From positions 3,271-67,270 of the forward strand of contig JAITRB010000016.1 in NCBI GenBank assembly GCA_031288595.1: a stretch of 64,000 bases of DNA. Direction: 5' to 3'. The position numbers were made by a program, and so were the translations under genes. Source of the stretch: Puniceicoccales bacterium (GTDB lineage Bacteria; Verrucomicrobiota; Verrucomicrobiia; Opitutales; JAIRLG01). How positions within the stretch are numbered: position 1 is the first letter of the stretch; each line of letters begins with the position of its first letter. Below the pieces are notes generated by a model, which saw nothing but the letters and a program-made list of their open reading frames with translations, made no database searches and was not told the origin of the DNA. Below, piece by piece: positions 9,063 to 18,078 of the stretch.

Positions 9063-10778
9063 TTAAGCCTTCGGGGAAGAAGATTTTTTCCCCTTTGGGG
9101 AAGCAGGATGGATTCTCGTCAGCGGGTGTGGCGGAATTTCCCCGGCCAATCGCCTCTGCTGAATGATGCTCAGGATATTCTGTACCGTCCAGTAGAGGAT
9201 GAGTCCGGCCGGTAGGTTGTAGCAGAAGAAGAGGAAGAGCAGAGGCATCCACTGGAAGAGCCTGCGCTGCATCGGATCCAGCGTTGGGGCAAGGCTCATC
9301 CGCATCTGCCAGAAAGTGCTGAGACTCATGAGCCAGGGAAGGAGGTTGAGCGGGAATCGACCCAGATGGACGAGGGTATCTGGTCGGGATAGGTCGCGGA
9401 TCCACAGAAATTCCGCGAAGCGCAGGTCTGTCGCTGTGCGCAGCATGCCATAGAGGCCGAGAAATATGGGAATCTGGATGAGAACCGGCAGGCAGCCGGC
9501 AGCCGGGTTGACCTGGTTCTCCTTGAAGAGCTTCAGAGTTTCGGTCTGCAGCTTCTGGGGCTGTCCCTTGTACCTTTCCCGCAATTGCTTGAGCGGTTCC
9601 TGCACCAGGGCCATCTGCTTCGACGAGCGCACCTGAGCCCGGGTCAGGGGCCATAGGAGTAGGCGGATGAGGAGGGTCACGGCGATGATGGTCAGTCCCC
9701 AGTTCGGGATGAGGCAATGGATCGCCTTCATCAGGAGGAGGAGGAGCTTGCTCACGAAGCCGAATAATCCGAACTGCATGACGCGGTCCTGTTCTAGTCC
9801 TAGGCGGTCCAGGCGGACGAAATCCTTCGGTCCGACGTAGAACTCCAGTCCCAAACTCTTCTGTTCCTGTGCTTGAAGCTGGCCCAGCTGGAAGACCAGG
9901 CTGCCGGTCATGCCCTCGGAGCTCGGGGATTCCGTAGGCCGAAAGAGGTAGCCGGCTGCGGCACTGCTGGGAGTTAGGATGGAGCAGAAGAACTGGTTCT
10001 TGAGCGAGCCCCAGCGAATCGTGCCCGTGGCCCGGATTTCCGCACGAGCCTCCCGTTTCCCAAAACCGAGAAATCCGGAACTCTGAGAAAAATCACCATG
10101 GGGGACGAAAAAGGCCTTTTTGCCGTTGAAGTGGCCGAAGTTCAGGAAATCGCCTGCGAGGTCGCCGGCCGACGAGGGGATTTGTCCCAGCGATAGTTTC
10201 AAATCCTGCAGAGCCTGGGGCCTGGGGCCGCGATTTTCCCAGCGCAGCTGCTGGTGGATGACATAGGGGTCTTCCTTGGGATTATCCGGGTCCGACAGGC
10301 GGTAGCTGCGCTCGACGCTCAGGCCGTTCGGGTAGCGACCGAGGAAGCGCAGCTGCCGCGCGTCCTGGGAAAGTAGCTCGTACTGCGGCCGCTCGCCCGT
10401 ATGGCCCAGCTGAAGCTCGAGGGCGGGCATTGGGGCCCCGTGATTGAAGATGAAGGGTTCCGGAGAGCCCTTTTTAAAGGGATATTTCTTGAGGGCTACC
10501 TCCCGAATCGCTGCGCTGGCCAGGTGGATTTGGACGCGTATCTCCTCGTTTTCCAATGAGAGGCAGGGAGTTGAGAGATCCCAGACGGCTGTTGGACTTT
10601 CCAGAGCCGCCTCTGCTGCCGGGGATTCCGGAAAAAAATCTTCCGCCTGGGTCGTGATTTCGGTGCTGGTGATCTCCGGCTGGAGGGCTGTTGGCCGGAC
10701 TTGGGCACGCTGGAAATAGATCAGCCCAAAGGCAGCCGAGAGACAAAGCAGGCCGAGAAAGAAGCTCTTGCGATCCAT
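9063..10778 (-). CDS. yidC: Membrane protein insertase YidC
   Basis: Has an N-terminal TM (MDRKSFFLGLLCLSAAFGLIY), a large periplasmic domain and a C-terminal 60-kDa-IMP core (LLWPLTRAQVRSSKQMALVQP..., GCLPVLIQIPIFLGLY, NLPAGLILYWTVQNILSIIQQ). I moved the start to ATG 10778 because the longer ORF from 10937 runs through repeat copy 4. Confidence 0.87.
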   Translation of the reverse strand: MDRKSFFLGLLCLSAAFGLIYFQRAQVRPTALQPEITSTEITTQAEDFFPESPAAEAALESPTAVWDLSTPCLSLENEEIRVQIHLASAAIREVALKKYPFKKGSPEPFIFNHGAPMPALELQLGHTGERPQYELLSQDARQLRFLGRYPNGLSVERSYRLSDPDNPKEDPYVIHQQLRWENRGPRPQALQDLKLSLGQIPSSAGDLAGDFLNFGHFNGKKAFFVPHGDFSQSSGFLGFGKREARAEIRATGTIRWGSLKNQFFCSILTPSSAAAGYLFRPTESPSSEGMTGSLVFQLGQLQAQEQKSLGLEFYVGPKDFVRLDRLGLEQDRVMQFGLFGFVSKLLLLLMKAIHCLIPNWGLTIIAVTLLIRLLLWPLTRAQVRSSKQMALVQEPLKQLRERYKGQPQKLQTETLKLFKENQVNPAAGCLPVLIQIPIFLGLYGMLRTATDLRFAEFLWIRDLSRPDTLVHLGRFPLNLLPWLMSLSTFWQMRMSLAPTLDPMQRRLFQWMPLLFLFFCYNLPAGLILYWTVQNILSIIQQRRLAGEIPPHPLTRIHPASPKGKKSSSPKA

Positions 10779-10871
10779 CGCCGCCAACACTGAAATCACC
10801 TCACCGGAAGGCAAGTGATTTCTCTGTCCTTCGGTATGCGGTGCGCGACGGCCCCTTGTCAGAGCCAAGGT

Positions 10872-10940
10872 GGACCCCGAGGGGCGCGTAGCGCCCCTCG
10901 GGGTCCGCCGTTGGCGCGCGGCGCAGCCGCGCGTCAACGG
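10872..10940. repeat. GC-rich double-hairpin element (possible variant of the cloverleaf family), copy 4
   Basis: Has two adjacent long hairpins: ggaccccgaggggcgc-gta-gcgcccctcggggtcc and ccgttggcgcgcggc-gca-gccgcgcgtcaacgg. It lacks the clear outer stem of the other copies. Lies between the glgA stop and the yidC start. Confidence 0.5.
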
Positions 10941-10963
10941 GCCGTCGCGCGAAGAGAAGCCCT

Positions 10964-12421
10964 TTAGCCTCCCTTGGATTCGCGAGCCCAGCGGTAGACC
11001 TCCAGGTAGCGCCGCGAGGGATGGGCCCAGGAGAGCTCAAGGCTCATCGCCCGCCGCTGCATCCGGCCATAGTGCTGGGGGCGGTCGTAGTAGGTGGAAC
11101 AGGCCCAGCCGATGGCATTGTAGAGCGCCCCTGCCTCCAGATCCCGAAAGACGAAACCGGTGCCGTTGCCCGTGGATTCGTCGTAGTTCTCCACCGTATC
11201 GGCCAGCCCGCCGGTCTCGCGGACGATCGGCAAAGCGCCGTAGTGCATGGCGTAGAGCTGTGTCAGACCACAGGGCTCGAAGCGGCTGGGCATCAGGACG
11301 AAATCGGCGGCGGCCAGCAGTTGATGGGCCAGGGCTGTGTCGAAAGCGATGAAAGCGCGGCAGCACTGGGGAAAATGGGCGGAAAGCTCTTGGAATCGCG
11401 ATTCCAAAGCCCGCTCACCCTGGCCCAAAATGGCGATCTGCAGGCTCATATGCTGCATCAGATCGGGCAGGATCTGGGCCAGGATGTCCAAACCCTTCTG
11501 CTCGCAGAGGCGCGACACGACCGCAAAGCAGGGCAGGTCGGGCGAACACGCCAATCCCCAGCGCCGCTGCAACTCCTCCTTCGTGCGCCGTTTTCCCTCC
11601 GGATGGAAGGGGTCGAAGGGATGCTTTAAAAAAGGATCTTTTCCGGGATTCCAGAGCTCGGTGTCGATGCCGTTGGCGATCCCGATGAGGTCGGCTGCGC
11701 GGGAGCGCAGGATTGGGTCGAGGCCGTGTCCATAGTCCGCTGTTTGGATTTCCCGGGCATAGCGCGGGCTGACGGTCGTCAACTTCGAGGAGAAGTGCAG
11801 GCCCGCCTTGAGCATCTGCACCTGCCCGTGGGCCTCGACCGCATCGGGACGGAAGAGGGACTGGGGGAGGCCGGCGAAGTCCAGAATCCCTTTCGGCGCA
11901 TAGCCCTGGTGCTGTAGGTTGTGGATGCTGAAGACAGAGGCAGCCAGTCCCAATGGCCGGCCGCGCTCCGCCGTCTCCAGATAAACCGGCAGCAGTCCGG
12001 CCGTCCAATCATGGCCATGGAGGATCTCTGGAATCCAGGTAAGCTGGTAGCAGGCATCCAGAACAGCCCGGGTGAAGAAGGTGAAGCGTTCCGGATTGTC
12101 CCCGTAGTCGCCCGAGGCATCGGCGTAGATCGCCCGTCCCCTGAAATACTGCTCGTACTCGATGAAGTAGAAACGCAGGGATTCGCTTTCCCGCCGCTCC
12201 CAAAGCCGCGCATGACGGGTCCCTATGCCCAGATGCACCTCCAGGGCTGCCGGATGGGCCTCGGGCGAGGCCTGTTCCAAGATACCGTCGTAGAGCGGGA
12301 GAAAGATACGGACGTCGTGACCCTCTCGGGCGATGCTCTGGGCCAGGGCTGCCACGGCATCCGCCAGCCCACCTGTCTGGGCCCAGGGTGCGCACTCCGG
12401 AGTGACCATCGCTATCCTCAT
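10964..12421 (-). CDS. glgA: Glycogen synthase (ADP-glucose type, GT5)
   Basis: MRIAMVTPECAPWAQTGGLADAV is the KTGGL-type motif. HDWTAGL, the C-terminal PSRFEPCGLTQLYAMHYGALPIVRETGGLADTV and the length of 485 aa also fit. Confidence 0.92.
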   Translation of the reverse strand: MRIAMVTPECAPWAQTGGLADAVAALAQSIAREGHDVRIFLPLYDGILEQASPEAHPAALEVHLGIGTRHARLWERRESESLRFYFIEYEQYFRGRAIYADASGDYGDNPERFTFFTRAVLDACYQLTWIPEILHGHDWTAGLLPVYLETAERGRPLGLAASVFSIHNLQHQGYAPKGILDFAGLPQSLFRPDAVEAHGQVQMLKAGLHFSSKLTTVSPRYAREIQTADYGHGLDPILRSRAADLIGIANGIDTELWNPGKDPFLKHPFDPFHPEGKRRTKEELQRRWGLACSPDLPCFAVVSRLCEQKGLDILAQILPDLMQHMSLQIAILGQGERALESRFQELSAHFPQCCRAFIAFDTALAHQLLAAADFVLMPSRFEPCGLTQLYAMHYGALPIVRETGGLADTVENYDESTGNGTGFVFRDLEAGALYNAIGWACSTYYDRPQHYGRMQRRAMSLELSWAHPSRRYLEVYRWARESKGG

Positions 12422-12579
12422 CTCTTTTTATTCCGAACCCGCAGCCGGGGAGATTTTAGTCCTACTGTAGTTTAGGTGCCGTTATCTCTCCACGACTGCG
12501 CGGAATATTTTAAGAGGCTTTGCAAGTGGAGACAAGGTTTTTGGGCTAGGGGTCTAGCTATTGCTGTGCATGGAAATTT

Positions 12580-14805
12580 TTGTTGAAATTGGGGATGTTT
12601 TCCGCTTCCCTTTCAGCCATGTCCTGCCAATACACGATGGTTTTTTCAAGCGAGGAGAGTGCATCTCCGGTGGCTTCGGGAGCCGAGACGGGGATTCCCA
12701 AACCTGAGGCTGCCCCAGCGGTCTCCTCTCGGGCTTCCGCCCATCCCTTTCTGGACAGATCCTGGCCGATTCTCTGGTCTCAGCTTCGGCCTGAGTATGT
12801 GGTGGGGGATATACGCCTAGCCCTTGCGGAGGCCAGGGCGGACTTGGAGACGCTGGAGCGGATCCCGCTCGAGCAGCTCCACTGGGAGAATACGCTCGAG
12901 GAGCTGATCCAGTTCGATCAAAATCTTTCCGATGCCTGGGCGAAAATCAAGCACCTGAACACTGTCTGCGACTCAGAGGCCCTGCGGGCTGCCTACCTCG
13001 AAGTTCTGCCGGAGGTGACACAGTTCTTCGCCTCTATCCCTTTTCGGCCCAAGCTCTGGAAGCTCATCCAGGGCTATGCGGCTACGGAGGAGGCCGAGAA
13101 TCTCTCTCCCTTGCGCGCGCGCTACCTACAGCGAACACTAGAGGCTTTCATCGATAGCGGGGCCGACTTACCTCCGGAGAAGAAGGAGCGGATTCTGGAA
13201 ATCGAGCAGCGGCTCTCCCAGCTCACGAACCAGTTCGGCAAAAATGTGCTGGATGCGAAGAATGCTTGGGCTTGTGAGGCGAGGGTAGAGGAGCTACGCG
13301 GACTGCCGGAATCCGTTCTTGAAACGCTACCAACCGGTGCATCTCCGGCGACCAGGCGGCTGAGCCTGCAGGCACCTTGTCTGGGTCCCTGCCTGCAGTA
13401 CCTCGAGAACCGCGAGCTGCGGCAGAAACTCTGGGAGGCTAATTTGGCCGTCGGTCGGGAGGATCCTTACGACAACCGACCCCTGATTCGGGAAATCCTG
13501 GCCCTGCGGGAGGAATATGCCCATATCCTGGGCGAGAAAACCCACGCTGACTGCGTCCTGCGACGCCGCATGGCCAAGGAGGGGCAGCGGGCACTGTCCT
13601 TCATCGAAGACCTTCACCGGCGCGTCGAGGCATTCGCGCTTCGGGATAGTCGAACCCTGCAGGACTTTCGGGATGAGGAAATGGGGAGTCGAGAAGCCTT
13701 GAAACCCTGGGATGCCAGTTTCTGGAGCGAGAAATTGCGGCAAAAGCTTCATCATTTCGATGAAGAGGCGCTGCGGCCCTATTTCTCCATCGATGTGGTG
13801 TTTCAGGGTATGTTCTCCGTCGTACAGAAGCTCTACGGCATCTGCGTTCGGGAGCGTCGGACCCATGTTGAAGCCGAGGCCGCTGGTCCCGACAGCGTTC
13901 CCGTATGGCAGGAGGATGTCAGGTTTTTCGAGGTCTATGAGGCATCCGGCAACTACATCGGTGCGTTCTACGCGGACTGCTTCCCTCGAGCGAGCAAGCG
14001 AAGCGGGGCCTGGATGGATGAGATTATAGTCAGTCGGCGCGAGCGCGGTGGCTGCTACCGCTATCCCGTCGGCGTCTTCTGCGCTAACCTCAGCCCAGCG
14101 GCCCATGGCCGTCCAGCCCTATTGACCCACGACGAGGTCGCAACGCTCTTCCACGAATTCGGCCACCTGCTCCACAGCCTCTTCGGGCAAGCGGATATTG
14201 CTGAGCTCAACGGAGTCCATGTCGCCTGGGATTTCGTCGAACTGCCTTCCCAGCTGATGGAGAATTTCTGCTGGGATCGGAAAAGCCTAGATCTCTTCGG
14301 GAGGCATTGCGAAACGGGGGAAAGTATTCCCGAAAAACTGTTTCAGGCGATGAAATCAGCCAGAAACCACCTCTCGGGCCTATCTATGATACGTCAGCTC
14401 TGTTTCAGCCGGCTGGACCTTGAACTCCACCAACACTACGCTTCCTATCGGGATGAGCATTGGGAAAAAACGCTACAGGCACTGCTCGCCCCATACCAGC
14501 CACCCTGGAGCGTCAACAGCCCGAGCACCGTGGCGCAGTTCAGCCACATTTTCGACGGCGGTTACGACGCAGGCTACTACTCCTACCTCTGGGCGGAGGT
14601 ATTGGAGGCAGATGCCTTCGGTGCCTTCGAGGCCCATGGGGTTCTCGATGCCGGGACGGGCGAGCGCTTCCGCCGATGCATCCTAAGCCAGGGCGACCTG
14701 CGCGATGCGGACCAGCTCTTCCGCGATTTCATGGGCCGCGATCCGGATCCGACGGCCCTCCTCCGCCGCGAAGGCCTCTGGGAATCAGCGCCGGAGCTGA
14801 AGTGA
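12580..14805 (+). CDS. M3 family metallopeptidase (oligopeptidase A / peptidyl-dipeptidase Dcp-like)
   Basis: Has the zinc motif TLFHEFGHLLH and a downstream E (VELPSQLMENF), plus overall M3 architecture. The start is uncertain: the track start is TTG 12580 and the first ATG is at 12595. Confidence 0.85.
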   Translation: MLKLGMFSASLSAMSCQYTMVFSSEESASPVASGAETGIPKPEAAPAVSSRASAHPFLDRSWPILWSQLRPEYVVGDIRLALAEARADLETLERIPLEQLHWENTLEELIQFDQNLSDAWAKIKHLNTVCDSEALRAAYLEVLPEVTQFFASIPFRPKLWKLIQGYAATEEAENLSPLRARYLQRTLEAFIDSGADLPPEKKERILEIEQRLSQLTNQFGKNVLDAKNAWACEARVEELRGLPESVLETLPTGASPATRRLSLQAPCLGPCLQYLENRELRQKLWEANLAVGREDPYDNRPLIREILALREEYAHILGEKTHADCVLRRRMAKEGQRALSFIEDLHRRVEAFALRDSRTLQDFRDEEMGSREALKPWDASFWSEKLRQKLHHFDEEALRPYFSIDVVFQGMFSVVQKLYGICVRERRTHVEAEAAGPDSVPVWQEDVRFFEVYEASGNYIGAFYADCFPRASKRSGAWMDEIIVSRRERGGCYRYPVGVFCANLSPAAHGRPALLTHDEVATLFHEFGHLLHSLFGQADIAELNGVHVAWDFVELPSQLMENFCWDRKSLDLFGRHCETGESIPEKLFQAMKSARNHLSGLSMIRQLCFSRLDLELHQHYASYRDEHWEKTLQALLAPYQPPWSVNSPSTVAQFSHIFDGGYDAGYYSYLWAEVLEADAFGAFEAHGVLDAGTGERFRRCILSQGDLRDADQLFRDFMGRDPDPTALLRREGLWESAPELK

Positions 14806-14848
14806 TTCGGCCCATGGGGTCGTGGAGAGTCTTGGGTTTGGGAGTTTT

Positions 14849-14943
14849 GGGTTGGCTTTCCAGAGAGGGGAAAGGACTTCGTCCTTTCCCCTCCCTGCGG
14901 CCCGCGCAGCGGGCCTGATGCCTCCGGCATTAAAAGCCAACCC
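14849..14943. repeat. Cloverleaf-like intergenic palindromic element, copy 5
   Basis: Outer stem gggttggcttt / aaagccaaccc. Hairpins: aggggaaaggac-ttc-gtcctttcccct; ggcccgc-gca-gcgggcc; atgcc-tcc-ggcat. Starts 44 nt downstream of the M3 peptidase stop. Confidence 0.8.
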
Positions 14944-15072
14944 ACCCAGAAACCCTCTCGCCCCTTCATTTCTTCAAGTCCTTCTGGATCCCCGAAGCAG
15001 CCCTGTCCCTGCCCCATCACTTGAAATTTAAGCCTTGCTTTCCAGAGGAGACAGTTTTCTTTTGCCCAGATC

Positions 15073-15387
15073 ATGAAGGCCATCATCCGGATACAGGGAA
15101 AACAGCTGACCGTTTCGGAGGGAAATATCTTTTCCGTCAACCGCTATGCCGGTTCTCAGACCGGCGACCCGGTGGAGGTGAAGGAGGTTCTCCTTGTCGG
15201 TGAGGGCCCAGAAGCAAAGCTCGGTGATCCCTATGTGGCCGGTGCCTGCGTGCGCCTGAACATTCTCGAGAACAAACGCGGAAAGAAGGTGATCGTCTTC
15301 AAGAAGAAGCGCCGCAAGGGCTACGAGCGCAAACGGGGCCACCGCCAGGAACTCTCGGTCGTTCGGGTGGAATCGATCAGGATGTGA
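15073..15387 (+). CDS. rplU: 50S ribosomal protein L21
   Basis: MKAIIRIQGKQLTVSEGNIFSVNR...VKEVLLVG....LGDPYV.GA.V....LE..RGKKVIVFKKKRRKGY.RK.GHRQ is typical L21. Confidence 0.92.
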   Translation: MKAIIRIQGKQLTVSEGNIFSVNRYAGSQTGDPVEVKEVLLVGEGPEAKLGDPYVAGACVRLNILENKRGKKVIVFKKKRRKGYERKRGHRQELSVVRVESIRM

Positions 15388-15422
15388 GGGGAAATTTAGA
15401 TTTTTAGGAAAGAAGTTCTCCG

Positions 15423-15677
15423 ATGGCACATAAGAAGGGACAGGGAACCTCGCGCAATGGTCGGGATAGCCCGGGGCAACGCCTGGGGGTGAAGAAGTAC
15501 GATGGCGAAACCGTGCGCGCGGGCCATATCCTGATGCGTCAGTGTGGTACAAAGGTCCATCCGGGAAGAAATGTCGGCTGCGGTAGGGATTTTACCCTCT
15601 TCGCCCTGATCGACGGAAAAGTCCGCTGGGACGGCCCCCATCGTAAGGTCCACGTAAGCCCGCTATCCACACCTTGA
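15423..15677 (+). CDS. rpmA: 50S ribosomal protein L27
   Basis: [54 protein letters not shown] is the canonical L27 sequence. Confidence 0.95.
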   Translation: MAHKKGQGTSRNGRDSPGQRLGVKKYDGETVRAGHILMRQCGTKVHPGRNVGCGRDFTLFALIDGKVRWDGPHRKVHVSPLSTP

Positions 15678-17144
15678 GCATTGGCTGGGGGAGGAGGGTT
15701 TCTCCTTTTCTATCTTGGCCTTGTATTGCTCATGGCCATGGCATTATTAAATGCCAGAGTCGTTGCGGAATAATTGAGCTTCAGTTCTTCTGCGAGTCAA
15801 GCTCAGTGAGCTGCTCGAGAGTGAGAACTGACATAGGGGTCTCTTCTGTTCTCTGAGTGGAGCAGATGGAGGGCCTTTACCTCAGGTAAAGGCTTGATTG
15901 ATTCCATGTGCCAGGCGCACTGCTGGCGCGAGTATGGGGTAGATCAGTGGGCGAGGGGATGCTGGCCATTGGCCTTGGTGCTTCTGCTTAAGCACCTGGC
16001 CATTTTCGCTCTCGGCTTTGAGTCCAGAAGACAGAGCATTGCAGGGAAATATCAATCTCTCCAGTAGATTTTCCCTAACCCGTCTGCTCTACAATCTAGT
16101 CGGCGATGGGAAGGCCAACACAATATCAAGGGCGCGAGTCCCGTGAGTGAAGTGGCGCCATCGAGTGATTTTTGATTTCTTCGCGAAGAAGCAAATCCGC
16201 TTTGTCTATAAAAAGGTTTTGTCCGTAAATGAAGGGGGTTTTGTCCAGGACCCCTGTTTTTCCCGAGAAGCTACTGGGTGCTGTAAATGACGCTCATCAT
16301 GCGTTAGGCAGGGACTGTTTTTCATCTCTCTGATCCCTCCGCCATCCCCCTCGGCGCATCGATGCTGCATGGCTGGGAATCGCGCCTGGCGGTGGAGGGC
16401 AGGTCCCTGAAAGCATTCCGGATCATCCTTTTTCGGTGATGAGTGCCGTTTTCTTCTTCCCTATGGATAAACAGGTCGCTCTGGGAGGAACTTTTACGTC
16501 GAACGTTTCTGTGGTTTGGAAAATCCAGGATCGCCTGGGAGTCCTTGCTCTCTGGCTTTGCGAAGCTCGCGCGGGAATCTATTACCTCAATGAGCAGAAA
16601 ATAATACAGCTCTGCCGAGCACTTTGTATGGGTATCTATCGGCTATGCCTGAATCAGTTTCCGCCTGAGTGCCGGGAAGCATTCTACAGCGACTTTAAAC
16701 GGCGAGAGTTTCCCGGGTCATTCCGAAAAATTTCCTCCGCAGATCACGGCTGTGTTTAAGCTATCTCGAGCCATGAAAGCAGTTTGCGCATTTCTCAGAG
16801 CCGATCCTCTGGGAGAAGTCCATAGCCGAGCGATACGCTCTGACGAAGATGGGAGCAAAGGATACGACGAACCAAGGCTTCGGAGTACAGAATATTCCGG
16901 GCGGAGCGCGTATTTAAAGGGATTTGGAGGATGCACTTTATGCTGCGCTGGGTCTATCGCTGCCACCTCCGGAGCAGCAAGAGAAACCCTCGCCGCCGGG
17001 ATATAGCCCCAGCTAGACCCACTGGGCTGCCCCTATGGACAAAGCCCATAATCCCTATTCAGGGCAGACTAGCTGCCAGGGAATCGCTATTCCCTATGGT
17101 ACACGGGAGAGAATCTGCTTGTCCCAAGGGGCGAGGGGCTTTGC

Positions 17145-17987
17145 ATGGATAGGGTGGAATCCAGTTTACTGCGGCGTGATCCTCAAAAACTGCTCCTGCT
17201 GGCGGGTCCCTGTTCGCTGGAAAGCTGGGAAATCTCGTCCACTGTGGCGGCATTTCTCGCTGGTTTGCTGAGAGAGTATCCGGATCTGCAGATCGTTTTC
17301 AAGGGGTCATTCGACAAGGCGAATCGTTCCTCCCTTCACAGCGCTCGAGGTGTCGGCCTTCAGCGGGGACTGGAGATCCTCAGGGAGGTAAAGGGTAGGT
17401 ATGCCCTTCCCGTCACCAGCGACTTCCATGTACCGGAACAGGCAGAAGCGCTGGCGGAGGTCTGCGAGGTGCTGCAGGTTCCGGCCTTTCTGTGTCGCCA
17501 GACCGACATGCTGGTCGCCGCGGCTAGAACGGGACGGACGGTCTCGGTCAAAAAGGGACAGTTTCTCTCTCCGAAGGAGATGCGCCACGTCATCGAGAAG
17601 CTGCAGGGATCAGGCGCTCGGGAAATCTGGCCAATGGAACGCGGGGCTTCTTTCGGCTACCAGAACCTCGTCGTCGACATGCGGAGTTTTGCCATCATGA
17701 GGGCCTTTGCCTCCACCGTCCTCTTCGACGCAACCCACAGTGTGCAGATTCCAGGTGGCAGCGCCGGTGTGACGCAGGGCGAGCGCTTCTTCACCCCTCT
17801 TCTCGCCAGGGCTGCTTTGGCCGCCGGTGCAAATGGACTTTTCTTCGAGGTGCATCCACGTCCTGCCCAGGCCACCTGCGATGCAGCTAACCAGTGCCCC
17901 ATGGAGGATTTCGAGGGCATTCTTCAGCAGTGCTTGGCCACGTGGAGGCTCTGCCGCACCTGGGCGGAAAAGGAAACAACTGCCTGA
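17145..17987 (+). CDS. kdsA: 3-deoxy-8-phosphooctulonate synthase (Kdo-8-P synthase)
   Basis: LLAGPCSLES, FKGSFDKANRSS..S.RG.G...GL.IL, LQVPAFLCRQTDML.AAA.TG, NVKKGQF, ERG.SFGY.NLVVDMR and FDATHSVQ.PGG are all KdsA hallmarks. Confidence 0.92.
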   Translation: MDRVESSLLRRDPQKLLLLAGPCSLESWEISSTVAAFLAGLLREYPDLQIVFKGSFDKANRSSLHSARGVGLQRGLEILREVKGRYALPVTSDFHVPEQAEALAEVCEVLQVPAFLCRQTDMLVAAARTGRTVSVKKGQFLSPKEMRHVIEKLQGSGAREIWPMERGASFGYQNLVVDMRSFAIMRAFASTVLFDATHSVQIPGGSAGVTQGERFFTPLLARAALAAGANGLFFEVHPRPAQATCDAANQCPMEDFEGILQQCLATWRLCRTWAEKETTA

Positions 17988-18078
17988 GAGAATAGGGGCG
18001 GTCATCGCGTCGGCAGTGGCTGCCGCTTGGATGTTTGCCCTTTACCTTCTGATATTTGACAACAGAATAGCATCGCCG

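Noticed and set aside
8932..9717. 261-aa minus-strand ORF overlapping the 3' half of yidC and the yebC start
   Set aside because: It is an alternative frame of the well-supported yidC gene. The composition is Pro/Arg/Ala-rich with no motifs.
15680..17140. RNase P RNA, tmRNA or SRP RNA in the large non-coding gap
   Set aside because: I looked on both strands for the RNase P P4 strings (GAGGAAAGTCC / ACAGAAnCCGGCTTA), for tmRNA ends (GGGGCTGA..., ...GGTTCGAnTCC..CCACCA) and for the SRP domain IV motif. I found only a weak GGGAGAAGTCC (~16811-16821) with an ACAGAAT about 60 nt downstream (~16888). That spacing is far too short for RNase P.
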